From Eledone cirrhosa (taxonomy: Eukaryota), in assembly GCA_964016885.1 (NCBI GenBank), contig OZ024740.1:226672001-226736000 (forward strand): a stretch of 64,000 nucleotides of DNA. The letters run 5' to 3'. Each line of letters opens with the position of its first letter. Positions within the stretch are counted from its first letter, which is position 1. The notes beneath the pieces were generated by a model. It searched no databases. It was not told the DNA's origin and was given only the letters and a program-made list of their open reading frames with translations. Position numbers and translations under genes: made by a program. This document shows, piece after piece, positions 1 through 13,322 of this stretch.

Positions 1-407
1 ATATATACATATATACATATCCATGCTAGCGTGGAAAATGGACGTTAAACGACGATGATGATGATGATGATATATATATATATATGTATGTATATATATA
101 TATATATATATGACTATATATTCATCCATACTTACACAAATTTGGATTTACGTACATGAAAAAAGTACTCAATACATATAGTAAAGTATATTGGTTTGTT
201 CAAAGCTGATATCACAGTACATGATTGATCCTTACTATATTGATCCAGGGTGTATACATATGCATACACTCAATATACTACAGGCAAACACTCACACTCA
301 CATACAAGTAAACTGTGCACAAGTGTGCAGTACAATTTATAGAGAACGGAAACAGGAAATTTGGAATAGTGACGGAAGGAAACTTCAGTTTCTACTAAAT
401 GAATACT

Positions 408-478
<71 letters not shown>

Positions 479-572
479 TCATTTTATTATAGAAATGACT
501 TCTGAGAAAGAGGGAGTGCGAGAGAAAGAAAAAACAAGTGTGTTACCTAGTTATATCTATATATTATATATT

Positions 573-640
<68 letters not shown>

Positions 641-677
641 TTTTAAGTCCGCTTTGCCCTGCTTGCAAGGGTGGGAC

Positions 678-720
<43 letters not shown>

Positions 721-779
721 CATGTATATATACACATATATATATATATATATACATACATATATATACACATACATGT

Positions 780-812
<33 letters not shown>

Positions 813-823
813 CATGTATATAT

Positions 824-863
<40 letters not shown>

Positions 864-904
864 GAAACATAAGTCAATTGCATGAACTCATAATCCTTTA
901 TTTG

Positions 905-958
905 CTGCTATATATATTTCGATGATAGCCATTGAATGGCTATGACCTCATCAGGCAG
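905..958 (-). ncRNA. Minimal type-I hammerhead ribozyme (Penelope-like-element type)
   Basis: Minus strand reads CTGC-CTGATGA-ggtcatagccat tca atggctatcatc-GAAA-TATATA-TA-GCAG. Core is intact, stem II pairs 11 of 12 bp, stem III is palindromic (ATATATAT), stem I is CTGC/GCAG, and AATAAA follows. Lies in an insert (~858-998) flanked by (AT)n. Confidence 0.8.
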
Positions 959-1002
959 TTAGTCAGTTCTTAGATATACCAGCTCTGTGTTTATAGTGTA
1001 TA

Positions 1003-1070
<68 letters not shown>

Positions 1071-1129
1071 TTATACCTATTATAATTAACACACATATAT
1101 ATATATATATAAATATATATATATGTGTC

Positions 1130-1517
1130 TAAATACAAAGTAAAACCTACTACAGTCAGTAGGCATCTCTAACAAAATACACCCCCACCCCATCCACACC
1201 GCCCCTTTCAATGTAAAGTTATGTTGGTGCCACAACATCCAGGCCGAAACAAATGAGATCGTGTAGGTGTCACGTCAAAAAAACACACAGTTCACGCTGT
1301 AATCTGGCCGTGTAGGCAACACGGTAAAAACCTCCCAGCCCCACACTGTAAATGTGGTTGGTGTTAGGAAGGGCATCCAGCTGTAGAAAACCCGCCAGAT
1401 AGTCTTATGTGAGCAATCATAATCACTCTTGCCTCAAGTGGGAAAACCCCCGTCCAAACCCATGCGAGCGTAGAACACGGATGTTAAACGTTGATGATGA
1501 TGATGATGATGATGATG
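1130..1517 (+). mobile_element. Non-autonomous retroelement with RTE-type tail (family C), ending in (GAT)n
   Basis: Homologous to 19795-20274, 36045-36308, 51970-52348 and 56508-56857. Contains GTTGGTGTTAGGAAGGGCATCCAGCTGTAGAAA and ends ...GTTAAACG(ATG)n; flanked by (AT)n. Confidence 0.8.
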
Positions 1518-1699
1518 TGTGTGCGGGTGTATATATATATATGTATATTAGGTGACATTCAAATTGAGTACGGCATATCAAAATTGAAAATTGCTGCCAG
1601 GTGATAATTAAAATCCCAGCTTCTAATTAACAATTTAATTAGGTGATATCTGCATGAAAATATATTTATATACAAGTTTATGCTAATTTATAGACATAG

Positions 1700-1950
1700 T
1701 ATGTGCGTGTGTGTATGAGTGTGTTTATGTGTTTGTCCTGAATTTCAGAATAGGTATACCATATATCTGTGTGTCGCAAAATGAGACTAAAAGAGTGTGT
1801 GTGTATGTGTGCATCTGTGTGTGTATGCTTGTTTGTATGTATGTGTATGAGTGTGTTTTTCTTGAATTTCAGAATAGGTATACCATATATCTGTGTGTCG
1901 TAAAAGGAGACTAAAAGAGTGTGTGTGTGTATGTGTGTTTGTATGTATGT
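1700..1950. repeat. Two-copy direct repeat (~120 bp)
   Basis: TGAATTTCAGAATAGGTATACCATATATCTGTGTGTCG..GAGACTAAAAGAGTGTGTG occurs twice. Confidence 0.8.
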
Positions 1951-1988
1951 ATGTAATCAAGTCACCCTCAAATCAAACATTGGTTAAT

Positions 1989-2322
1989 ATCATCATCATC
2001 ATCATTTTACGTCCGCTTTTCCCTGCTTACAAGGGTGGGACGGGAACTGATTCTGGCATGATTTCTACAGCTGGATGCCCTTCCTAACACCAACCTCATT
2101 TACAGTGAGTGCTGGGTGCTTTCTTGCCGTGGCACCTCCACGACCACTTTGCAGTGGAATGATATGGACCCCCAGTCCCTATCATCTCATTTCTACAGCT
2201 GAGTAAACTGGAGCAATGTGAAATAAAGTGTCTTGCTCAAGGAAACAACACATCACCCAGTCTGAGAATTGAACTCACAACCTTTCGATTGCAAGGCCAA
2301 TGCTCTAACCACTAAGCCATGT
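1989..2322 (-). mobile_element. tRNA-headed CORE-like SINE (family A)
   Basis: Reverse complement of the copy at 3995-4339; (CAT)n tail on the left. Confidence 0.9.
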
Positions 2323-2870
2323 ATTCTTAGATACTCGTTTTAAGCCAAGATGATCTTGGCTGTAGTAGCTTTGGACATAGGTTTGCTCAATCAATGTTGG
2401 TTGACCTAGAATTAACTCATCTCGTCACTCCATCCACTTAAAGCTAATAAGGAATGTCATAGGTCTTGTTAGGGATGCCACATGAAATATAAAATCTTCT
2501 CTTCTATGTAATACATGTAATCCGTGTTTATCTCCGCCTCTGATACACACATATATATGGTAACACATACTAACATATTGACAAAAACACATGCATACAT
2601 GCACACACTCCACAAACAGTCATACATATATTTGAATATGTATCTGAATATATGAATATATTCCATCACATGTGTGTGTGTGTGTATGTAAGCATATGTG
2701 TGCATATATATATATATATATATATGTGTGTATGTGCGTGTGTGTGTGTATATATATGTGTGTGTATATATGTATCTATGTATATGTGTATATAAATATA
2801 TGTATGTATATATATGTATATGTCTATATGTCTATATATGTATGTATGTATATGTGTATATAAATATATT

Positions 2871-2915
<45 letters not shown>

Positions 2916-2924
2916 ATGTATATG

Positions 2925-2976
<52 letters not shown>

Positions 2977-3000
2977 TATATACGTGTATGTATGTATATG

Positions 3001-3066
<66 letters not shown>

Positions 3067-3225
3067 TTTATGTTTGTATTTGTATGTATATATATATATA
3101 TATGTATAGATATATGTTTAGATATATATGTGTAAATATATGTATATATATATATATGTTTATTTATATAAACGGAAAAAATGAAACGAAATTTCATACT
3201 TATATTTATATATATATATTTATAT

Positions 3226-3287
<62 letters not shown>

Positions 3288-3994
3288 TGATAATGATAAT
3301 AATGAAATTATTGTGTAATGTGCTCAGGTGCACTACTAACATATATATATATTCACACACACACAAAACATACCAATAGTGATAGTCTGTATTCTTATGT
3401 ATCTAGTCATGTACTTTATATTATCTTTTTTTCCATTCTCTGATTTCCAGCACATTGCTGCAATGTGCATGTATTTTTACATAGTTGAGTGTATTCATGC
3501 ATGCATATGAAGTGATTTGCATCTAAGGTATAAACATTTGTATCTCATTCCGAAGAATAAAGGATTGTGTGTTTCCACGTGGAAACAGAAATATTATCAT
3601 GGCTAGACACTAACATATAGATAATGAACACAATTCTTATTTATTTCTTATGTGTATGACAGTAGTTGCAAAGTATATAGGCATATGCATACATAGAACA
3701 ATCGATGGTTATACATACACATTATAAGTTGGGTTTTTTGGTTTTTTTTTGTGTGTGTAAGCGCATGATTGAACATGGGGTGTTTATCTGTGTGTGTTAA
3801 TCTCTATGTATGTGTATGTATCCCAATGGTAGGTTTCATAATGATCTGATATAAAGTCTAGTGTATTTTCATGTGAATTAAGATCAGCTCAAGCCATGAA
3901 CATTGCCTGATTCCAAAAACAAAATAGAAACATTTTAGTGTATTTCAATATACTTAATATACAAAGTACCACCTTCATATACATATATATATAT

Positions 3995-4339
3995 GGAGGC
4001 ACATGGCTTAGTGGTTAGAGCATTGGCCTTGCAATCGAAAGGTTGTGAGTTCAATTCTCAGACCGGGTGATGTGTTGTTTCCTTGAGCAAGACACTTTAT
4101 TTCACATTGCTCCAGTTTACTCAGCTGTAGAAATGAGATGATAGGGACTGGGGTCCCTATCATTTCACTGCAAAGTGGTCGTGGAGGTACCACGGCAAAA
4201 AAGCACCCAGTACTCACTGTAAATGAGGTTGGTGTTAGGAAGGGCATCCAGCTGTAGAAATCAAGCCAGAATCAGTTCCCGTCCCAACCTTGCAAGCAGG
4301 GAAAAGTGGACGTAAAATGAAATGAAAAATGAAATGAAA
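3995..4339 (+). mobile_element. tRNA-headed CORE-like SINE (family A), full length
   Basis: A box TGGCTTAGTGG and B box GAGTTCAATTC. CORE-like segment CCTTGAGCAAGACACTT...CTCAGCTGTAGAAATGAG. RTE-type tail CTTGCAAGCAGGGAAAAGTGGACGTAAAATGA. Inserted after (AT)n. Confidence 0.9.
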
Positions 4340-5084
4340 ATATATGTGTGTGTGAGTGTGTGTGTATATGTGTGTTTACACAGTACACAACCATGACATT
4401 GACCATGATGACTAAAATTAAATTGAAAAATGTATATCTTTCTCACTCTCTCTATGAATATATAGATAGATAGATAGATAGATATGTATACATATATACA
4501 TATATATTGTATATATATATATATATATATTCATATATATATATATGTATTCATATATATATATATATATTCATATATATATATATTCATATATATATAC
4601 ATATATATATATATATATTCATATATATATATACATATATATATATGTATATATAATGTGTGCATTTGTGTGTAAAGTCATACATGTACAAAAATAGACA
4701 CACACTCACACATAGAAATACTCATGTATACAACAACATATACCATATATATACATACACACACATATGTAAAGTCTTAAAGGCCAAGCAAGTAAGCACA
4801 TATCCAGATACACAGATGTATAAACAGACACAAATATTATGTGCTTAGGCACTGACATGTGCATATGCTCACAGAACATTGGCACACCAAGCACATCATT
4901 GAAAGTTAGGAACACTCAACAAACCATTTAAAGAGGAATGAAGTGCTGGATGATACTCTCAATGTAAGGTTGATAGTTACTTATCAAAAACTCTTCAGAC
5001 TTAGAGGTAAAGCTGGAATGTTAGCATCAATAACAACAACAACAACAAGAAATATAGCTGTAGTTGTAACAACAGCAGCAACAT

Positions 5085-7625
5085 CGATATGACAGTTACA
5101 ACAGTAACAAAATCAACAGCGATATATAACAATATACAACAATAGTTACAGCAACAACAACAACAACAATGACAACAACAACAGTAGTAGTAACAAAAAC
5201 AACAGTGATATATAACAATATACAACAATGGTTACAGCAACAACAACAACAACAATGACAACAACAACAGCAGTAGTAACAAAAACAACAGCGATATATA
5301 ACAATATACAACAATAGTTACAGCAACAACAACAACAACAATGACAACAACAACAGTAGTAGTAACAAAAACAACAGCGATATATAACAATATACAACAA
5401 TAGTTACAGCAACAACAACAACAACAATGACAACAACAACAGTAGTAGTAACAAAAACAACAGCGATATATAACAATATACAACAATAGTTACAGCAACA
5501 ACAACAACAACAACAACAACAGCAGTAGTAACAAAAACAACAGCGATATATAACAATATACAACAATAGTTACAGCAACAACAACAACAACAATGACAAC
5601 AACAACAGTAGTAGTAACAAAAACAACAGCGATATATAACAATATACAACAATAGTTACAGCAACAACAACAACAACAATGACAACAACAACAGTAGTAG
5701 TAACAAAAACAACAGCGATATATAACAATATACAACAATAGTTACAGCAACAACAACAACAACAATGACAACAACAACAGTAGTAGTAACAAAAACAACA
5801 GCGATATATAACAATATACAACAATAGTTACAGCAACAACAACAACAACAATGACAACAACAACAGTAGTAGTAACAAAAACAACAGCGATATATAACAA
5901 TATACAACAATAGTTACAGCAACAACAACAACAACAACAACAACAGCAGTAGTAACAAAAACAACAGCGATATATAACAATATACAACAATAGTTACAGC
6001 AACAACAACAACAACAATGACAACAACAACAGTAGTAGTAACAAAAACAACAGCGATATATAACAATATACAACAATAGTTACAGCAACAACAACAACAA
6101 CAATGACAACAACAACAGTAGTAGTAACAAAAACAACAGCGATATATAACAATATACAACAATAGTTACAGCAACAACAACAACAACAATGACAACAACA
6201 ACAGTAGTAGTAACAAAAACAACAGCGATATATAACAATATACAACAATAGTTACAGCAACAACAACAACAACAACAACAACAGCAGTAGTAACAAAAAC
6301 AACAGCGATATATAACAATATACAACAATAGTTACAGCAACAACAACAACAACAATGACAACAACAACAGTAGTAGTAACAAAAACAACAGCGATATATA
6401 ACAATATACAACAATAGTTACAGCAACAACAACAACAACAATGACAACAACAACAGTAGTAGTAACAAAAACAACAGCGATATATAACAATATACAACAA
6501 TAGTTACAGCAACAACAACAACAACAACAACAACAGCAGTAGTAACAAAAACAACAGCGATATATAACAATATACAACAATAGTTACAGCAACAACAACA
6601 ACAACAATGACAACAACAACAGTAGTAGTAACAAAAACAACAGCGATATATAACAATATACAACAATAGTTACAGCAACAACAACAACAACAACAACAAC
6701 AGCAGTAGTAACAAAAACAACAGCGATATATAACAATATACAACAATAGTTACAGCAACAACAACAACAACAACAACAACAGCAGTAGTAACAAAAACAA
6801 CAGCGATATATAACAATATACAACAATAGTTACAGCAACAACAACAACAACAATGACAACAACAACAGTAGTAGTAACAAAAACAACAGCGATATATAAC
6901 AATATACAACAATAGTTACAGCAACAACAACAACAACAATGACAACAACAACAGTAGTAGTAACAAAAACAACAGCGATATATAACAATATACAACAATA
7001 GTTACAGCAACAACAACAACAACAACAACAACAGCAGTAGTAACAAAAACAACAGCGATATATAACAATATACAACAATAGTTACAGCAACAACAACAAC
7101 AACAATGACAACAACAACAGTAGTAGTAACAAAAACAACAGCGATATATAACAATATACAACAATAGTTACAGCAACAACAACAACAACAATGACAACAA
7201 CAACAGTAGTAGTAACAAAAACAACAGCGATATATAACAATATACAACAATAGTTACAGCAACAACAACAACAACAATGACAACAACAACAGTAGTAGTA
7301 ACAAAAACAACAGCGATATATAACAATATACAACAATAGTTACAGCAACAACAACAACAACAACAACAACAGCAGTAGTAACAAAAACAACAGCGATATA
7401 TAACAATATACAACAATAGTTACAGCAACAACAACAACAACAATGACAACAACAACAGTAGTAGTAACAAAAACAACAGCGATATATAACAATATACAAC
7501 AATAGTTACAGCAACAACAACAACAACAACAACAACAGTAGTAGTAACAAAAACAACAGCGATATATAACAATATACAACAATAGTTACAGCAACAACAA
7601 CAACAACAATGACAACAACAACAGC
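5085..7625. repeat. Minisatellite of ~30 units (86-bp and 80-bp variants)
   Basis: Unit ACAACAGCGATATATAACAATATACAACAATAGTTACAGC(AAC)n[ATGAC]..GTAGTAACAAAA. ORF-track starts recur at 86- or 80-bp spacing from 5228 to 7582. Confidence 0.97.
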
Positions 7626-8440
7626 AGTAGTAACAAAAACAACAGCAACAGCAACAGCAAAAAAACAAGAACGACATACAACAATGACAACAACAGCAAC
7701 AACAATAATGACAACAGCAGCAATAACAACAACAACAACAGCAGTAACAACAACAACAACAGCAGCAGCAGCAACTACAATAACAACAACAATAACAACA
7801 GCAACAACAACAATAACAACAACGGCAACAACAATAATGACAACAACAGCAACAACAAAACAACAACAGCAGCAACAACAATAATGACAACAGCAGCAAT
7901 AAAAACAACAACAACAACAACAGCAGCAGTAACAACAACAACAACAACAACAACAACAGTAACAACAACAACAACAATAATGACAACAGCAGCAACAGCA
8001 ACAACAATAATGACAACAGCAGCAACAACAACAACAGCAACAACAACAACAACAACAACAGTAACAACAACAACAACAACAACAATAATGACAACAGCAG
8101 CAACAGCAACAACAATAATGACAACAGCAACAACAACAGCAACAACAACAACAACAATAACAACAACAGCAACAACAATAATGACAAAAATAACAACTAC
8201 AATAATGACAACAGCAGCAACAGCAACAACAACAACAACAACAGCAGTAACAACAACAACAACAACAACAACAGAAGTAACAACAGCAACAACAACAACA
8301 ATAACAACAACAGCAACAACAATAATGACAAAAACAACAACTACAATAATGACAACAACAGCATCAATAGCAACCAACAACAACAAAAACAACAGTGACA
8401 TACAACAATGACAACAACAACAACAACCACCAACAAAAAC
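7626..8440. repeat. Degenerate (ACA)n low-complexity tract
   Basis: ACA/GCA/ATG triplet mosaic. Confidence 0.95.
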
Positions 8441-8561
8441 ACTAGTCTATAGATCCATAGAATCAGGAACATTTCATTAAATCTTATTCAAACCATCAAA
8501 CAGTTGAAATTTTGCCAAATGCATGTTTCATATATTTATTATAGAAAAACATCATATTCTA

Positions 8562-9573
8562 GTGTGGTGTGTGTATCACCATGTGTATGTGAGAGTGTCT
8601 GTGTGACAGTGTGTGTATGTGAGAGTGTGTGTGTGACTGTATGTGTGTATGTGAGAGTGTGTGTGTGACAGCGTGTGTGTGACTGTATGTGTATAGGAGA
8701 GTGTGTGTGTGACTGTATGTGTGTATAGGAGTGTGTGTGTGTGTGTGACAGTGTGTGTATAGGAGAGTGTGTGTGTGTGTGACAGTGTGTGTATAGGAGA
8801 GTGTGTGTGTGACTGTGTGTATAGGAGTGTGTGTGTGTGACTGTATGTGTATAGGAGAGTGTGTGTGTGACTGTATGTGTATAGGAGAGTGTGTGTGTGA
8901 CTGTATGTGTGTATAGAAGAGTGTGTGTGTGACTGTATGTGTGTCTATGAGAGTGTGTGTGTGACTGTATGTGTATAGGAGAGTGTGTGTGTGACTGTAT
9001 GTGTGTATAGAAGAGTGTGTGTGTGATTGTATGTGTGTATAGGAGAGTGTGTGTGTGTGACTGTATGTGTATAGGAGAGTGTGTGTGTGTGATTGTATGT
9101 GTGTATGTGAGAGTGTGTGTGTGACTATGTGTGTATAGGAGAGTGTGTGTGTGATTGTATGTGTGTATGTGAGAGTGTGTGTGACAGTATGTGTGTATGT
9201 GAGAGTGTGTGTGTGACTGTATGTGTATAGGAGAGTGTGTGTGTGATTGTATGTGTGTATGTGAGAGTGTATGTGTGACCATGTGTATGTGAGAGTGTGT
9301 GTGTGACTGTATGTGTGTATGTGAGAGTGTGTGTATGATCATGTGTATAGGAGAGTGTGTGTGTGACTGTATGTGTTGTGTATGTGTCGTGTGTGTGTGT
9401 GTATGTGTTGTGTATATGTCGTGTGTGTGTGTGTGTATGTGTGTGTATGGGTTATCTATGTGTGTTGTGTGTGTCTATATGTTTGTGTGTGTGTATGTGT
9501 TGTGTGTGTATGCGTGTATGTGTGTATGGGTTGCTATGTGTGTGTGTCTATGTGTGTGTGTGTGTGTATGGGT

Positions 9574-9604
<31 letters not shown>

Positions 9605-9605
9605 T
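8562..9605. repeat. (TG)-rich minisatellite
   Basis: Recurrent GTGACTGTATGTGTATAGGAGAGTGTGT units grading into (TG)n. Confidence 0.95.
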
Positions 9606-9719
9606 TATATTAATTCTTTATACATTTATATCACATTTCTGTGTGTACCCATATTAAGATAGACCATGTCATCATCATCATCATCAGCATCATTATTATG
9701 ACCACAATCCTTATTATCA

Positions 9720-10445
9720 TCACTGTCACCACCACCACCGTCATCACCACCACCACCACCACCACCACCACCACCACCGTCACCACCACCACCACCACCA
9801 CCACCACCACCACCACCGTCATCACCACCACCACCACCACCACCACCAGCACTACCATCACAACCACCACCACCACCACCACCACCACCACCACCACCAC
9901 CAGCACTACCATCACAACCACCACCACCACTACCACCACCACCACCACCACCACCACTACTACCACCACTACCATCACAACCACCATCACCACCACCACC
10001 AGCACTACCATCACCACCACCACCACCACTACTACCACCACTACCGTCATCACCACCACCACCACCACCACCAGCACTACCATCACCACCACCACCACCA
10101 CTACCATCACAACCACCACCACCACCACCACCACCACCACCACCACTACCATCACAACCACCACCACCACTACCACCACCACCACCACCACCACCACCAC
10201 CACCACCACTACCATCACAACCACCACCACCACCACTACCACCACCACCACCACCACCACCACCACCACCAGCACTACCATCACCACCACCACCACCACT
10301 ACCATCACAACCACCACCACCACCACCACCACCACCACCACCACCACCACCACCACCACCACTACCATCACAACCACAACCACCACCACCACTACCACCA
10401 CCACCACCACCACCACTACCACCACTACCATCATCACCACCATCT
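9720..10445. repeat. (CAC)n microsatellite with interruptions
   Basis: CAC runs punctuated by ACTACCATCACA. Confidence 0.95.
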
Positions 10446-11388
10446 CCATTAACACCATCACCAATATTTAGAACAATATTCCCATGAAATATGTCCATCA
10501 TCACAAAGATACTAGTGACCACACAGTTGTCATCGTCATCACCATCGTCATCACCATCGTCATCACCATCGTCATCGTCATCACCATCGCCATCGTCATC
10601 ATCATCATCGTCATCATCATCATCGCTATCATCAGTGCAAAAATACCATGCTGCCACCATCATCAACTGAGTGAATAATATCAACAGCATTCTCCAACTG
10701 AATGTCTTACTGATCAATATATTGATGACTAACTCCCAACATTATCAAGAACAACACCAATACCAACACCACACCACCACCACCACCACCACCATCAATA
10801 TTACCACCACTAGCCAACACCGTTTTTACTTGCTGCTTCCTGAAATTTGTGGCCTTTGAGTAAACAGCAGCTTGGCTTGCTTTTGCATATAGGTAGATAT
10901 ATATATATAGAGAGAGAGAGAGGGAGATAGGTAACTAACTAGGTAAAAAATAGGATAGATAGATAGTGATATATATACACACACACAAACACACACACAT
11001 ATATATATACACACACATATATATATATAGAGAGAGAGAGATAGGTAACTAGCTAGGTAAAAAATAGGATAGATAGATAGTTATATATATATATATATAC
11101 ACACACACATATATATAACTATCTGTCTATCTATATATATTGTATGTAAACTTCCCCCTTTGTATTTGTCCCCTTCTTTTGTGCCCCTGTGGCTAATAAA
11201 GAAACATATCTATATATATATAGCTAGATAGGTAGTTATATATATATGTACATATATATAAGAAGCAACTGGTACTAGCAGGGAAACATTATGTTAGTCC
11301 TGTTAACCTCTTATTATATATATATATAAAATAAAGTACCAGTAATGCACTGGGTAATTGCTGGCCTTGTGCCAAAAGTAGAAACAAT

Positions 11389-11466
<78 letters not shown>

Positions 11467-11794
11467 GGGGGGGTAGGTAGGCAGATGAATATGTATATAA
11501 ACAGGTTGAGAAGAGTGAATGAGAGGAATGGAAAAAAATAATAACAGATACTAGCTGATCAATAGAAGAGAGGAGGAAGAGAAAAGGGAGAAAAAAAGGA
11601 ATAGGATGTGTAAAGAACCAGTTGTTGTATGCATTAAGAATTAGGTGAGAGGTGAATAGAATGAAGCTAGGTGAGAAAGTATGTTAGGTGGGGAGATGAG
11701 GTACGGAGCCTGAGTTAATTAGACCTAGAAGGTCTGAATAGTTAGACTCACCACCATAAACGAACATATTTGCTATGGCTGATAATAAATTAAA

Positions 11795-12165
11795 ATCATC
11801 ATCATGATCCCCATCATTGTCTTTATGCCCATTTTTCCATGTTTGCATAGGTTTGACGGGTTCTTCTCAGAACAGCATTCCTCCACTCATCGCGATCTTC
11901 TCTGTAAGCCTCAACGATTTGAGATCAGCTCTCACCACCACCTCTTTCCAGGTCTTTCTCGGTTTACCTCTACTGTGGCTCCTTTCCATTGACATCTCCT
12001 GGCATTCTTTCACCAATTGGTCATCATCCATGCACATCACATGTCCATACCAATGCAATCTTCTCTCCTGCACACCACCTCAAATTCCTCTTAAACCAAG
12101 TTTCTTCCTCACTTCATCCTAGCTCTGCCTTTCTCTCATATTAATATTGCATATCCAAGGAAGCA
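11795..12165 (-). mobile_element. RTE-clade LINE 3' fragment (old)
   Basis: Minus-strand peptide RRLHWYGHVMCM...RGKPRKTWKEVV matches the RTE C-terminal RLRWxGHV...GRP..TW pattern; (CAT)n tail on the left. Confidence 0.8.
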
Positions 12166-12525
12166 ATGTAGTTAAAATATATGACCACCCTACTGAAATT
12201 AGGTTGCATTACTGGAGTTACAGTTAACCCTTTTACAAACCTTATAGTTTCTCTGGGAGGTTAATTAATTCCAGATTGATGAATAGTCGATAGGTCAGAG
12301 TTATGTATTCTCATGGATTGGATGCCATTCTGCTATGTGCTATGTTCTTAGAAATCCCACTATACACCAGTGGAATAAGACAAGTGGAATTACACACACC
12401 ATGATCACTATTTCATTCTTACTCCAACTTATATATATTCTACCTTTCTCTGGGGAGCAAGCTACTTGCTGTTCAAAGTCCAATCTTATTACGTTGTATT
12501 GCTGATTCATCATCATTATTTACAT

Positions 12526-13322
12526 TTGCCTTTCATCCTTACGGGGTCGATAAAATAAAGTACCAGTAATGCACTGGGTAATTGCTGGCCTTGTGCCTAA
12601 AGTAGAAACAATTATTTACATTGGATTGGCAGTATCAGTAGAGGGTCGGATGCCATGCTTTGAAGCATAGAGTTACCTCCCTGTATGATCTGAGTTCAAA
12701 TCTCGCCGAGGTTAACTTTGCCTTTCATCGATAGAATAAAGTACCAGTAATGCATTGGGTAATTGCTGGCCTTGTGCCAAAAGTAGAAACAATTATTTAC
12801 ATGCGGTGGTGGATTGCCAGTATCGATAGAGGGTCGGACGCCATGCTTTGCAGCACAGTTACGTCCCTTTACGATCTGGGTTCAAATCCCGCCGAGGTTG
12901 ACTTTGCCTTTCATTCTTACGGGGTTGATAAAATAAAGTACCAGTAATGCACTGGGTAATTGCTGGCCTTGTGCCAAAAGTAGAAACAATCATTTTACAT
13001 CCACTGGATTGGCAGTATCGGTAGAGGGTCGGACGCCATGCTTTGACGCAAAGAGTTATGGCCCTTTCCATTCGGAGTTCAAATCCTGCCGAGGTTAACT
13101 TTGCCTTTCATCCTTACGGAGTCGATAAAATAAAGTACCAGTAATACACTGGGTAATTGCTGGCCTTGTGCCAAAAGTAGAAACAATTATTTTACATTCA
13201 CTGAGTTCAAATCCCGCCGAGGTTAACTTTGCCTTTCATACTTATGGGTTCGATAAAATAATGTACCAGTAATACACTGGGTAATTGCTGACCTTGTGCC
13301 AAAAGTAGAAACAATTATTTTA
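12526..13322 (+). mobile_element. Stack of five head-to-tail family B SINEs
   Basis: Five copies of ...GCCTTTCATCCTTACGGGGTCGATAAAATAAAGTACCAG...GTAGAAACAATTATT with variable 5' truncation. Confidence 0.9.

Noticed and set aside
191-3290. Many YIYI/VCVC/HTHT ORFs here and throughout the window
   Set aside because: Translations of (AT)n, (GT)n and (CATA)n repeats.
3569-3586. 18-bp palindrome TGTTTCCACGTGGAAACA
   Set aside because: Isolated, with no second copy or context to support a function.
3995-4070. tRNA gene
   Set aside because: Has A and B boxes but runs into a SINE body, is multicopy and has no complete acceptor stem; it is a SINE head.
5001-7582. Series of ~82-aa Cys/Val/Leu-rich ORFs resembling a metallothionein or toxin array, or a CRISPR-like array
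   Set aside because: They are frame-rotating translations of an 86/80-bp minisatellite; there are no unique spacers and no cas genes.
7609-8411. Thr-rich mucin-like ORFs
   Set aside because: Degenerate (ACA)n with a frame break and no signal peptide or splice evidence.
9626-10717. 363-aa Gly/Asp-rich ORF with a hydrophobic N-terminus (structural-protein-like)
   Set aside because: Explained by (GGT)n and (GAT)n microsatellites that are open in several frames. It cannot be fully excluded without RNA data.
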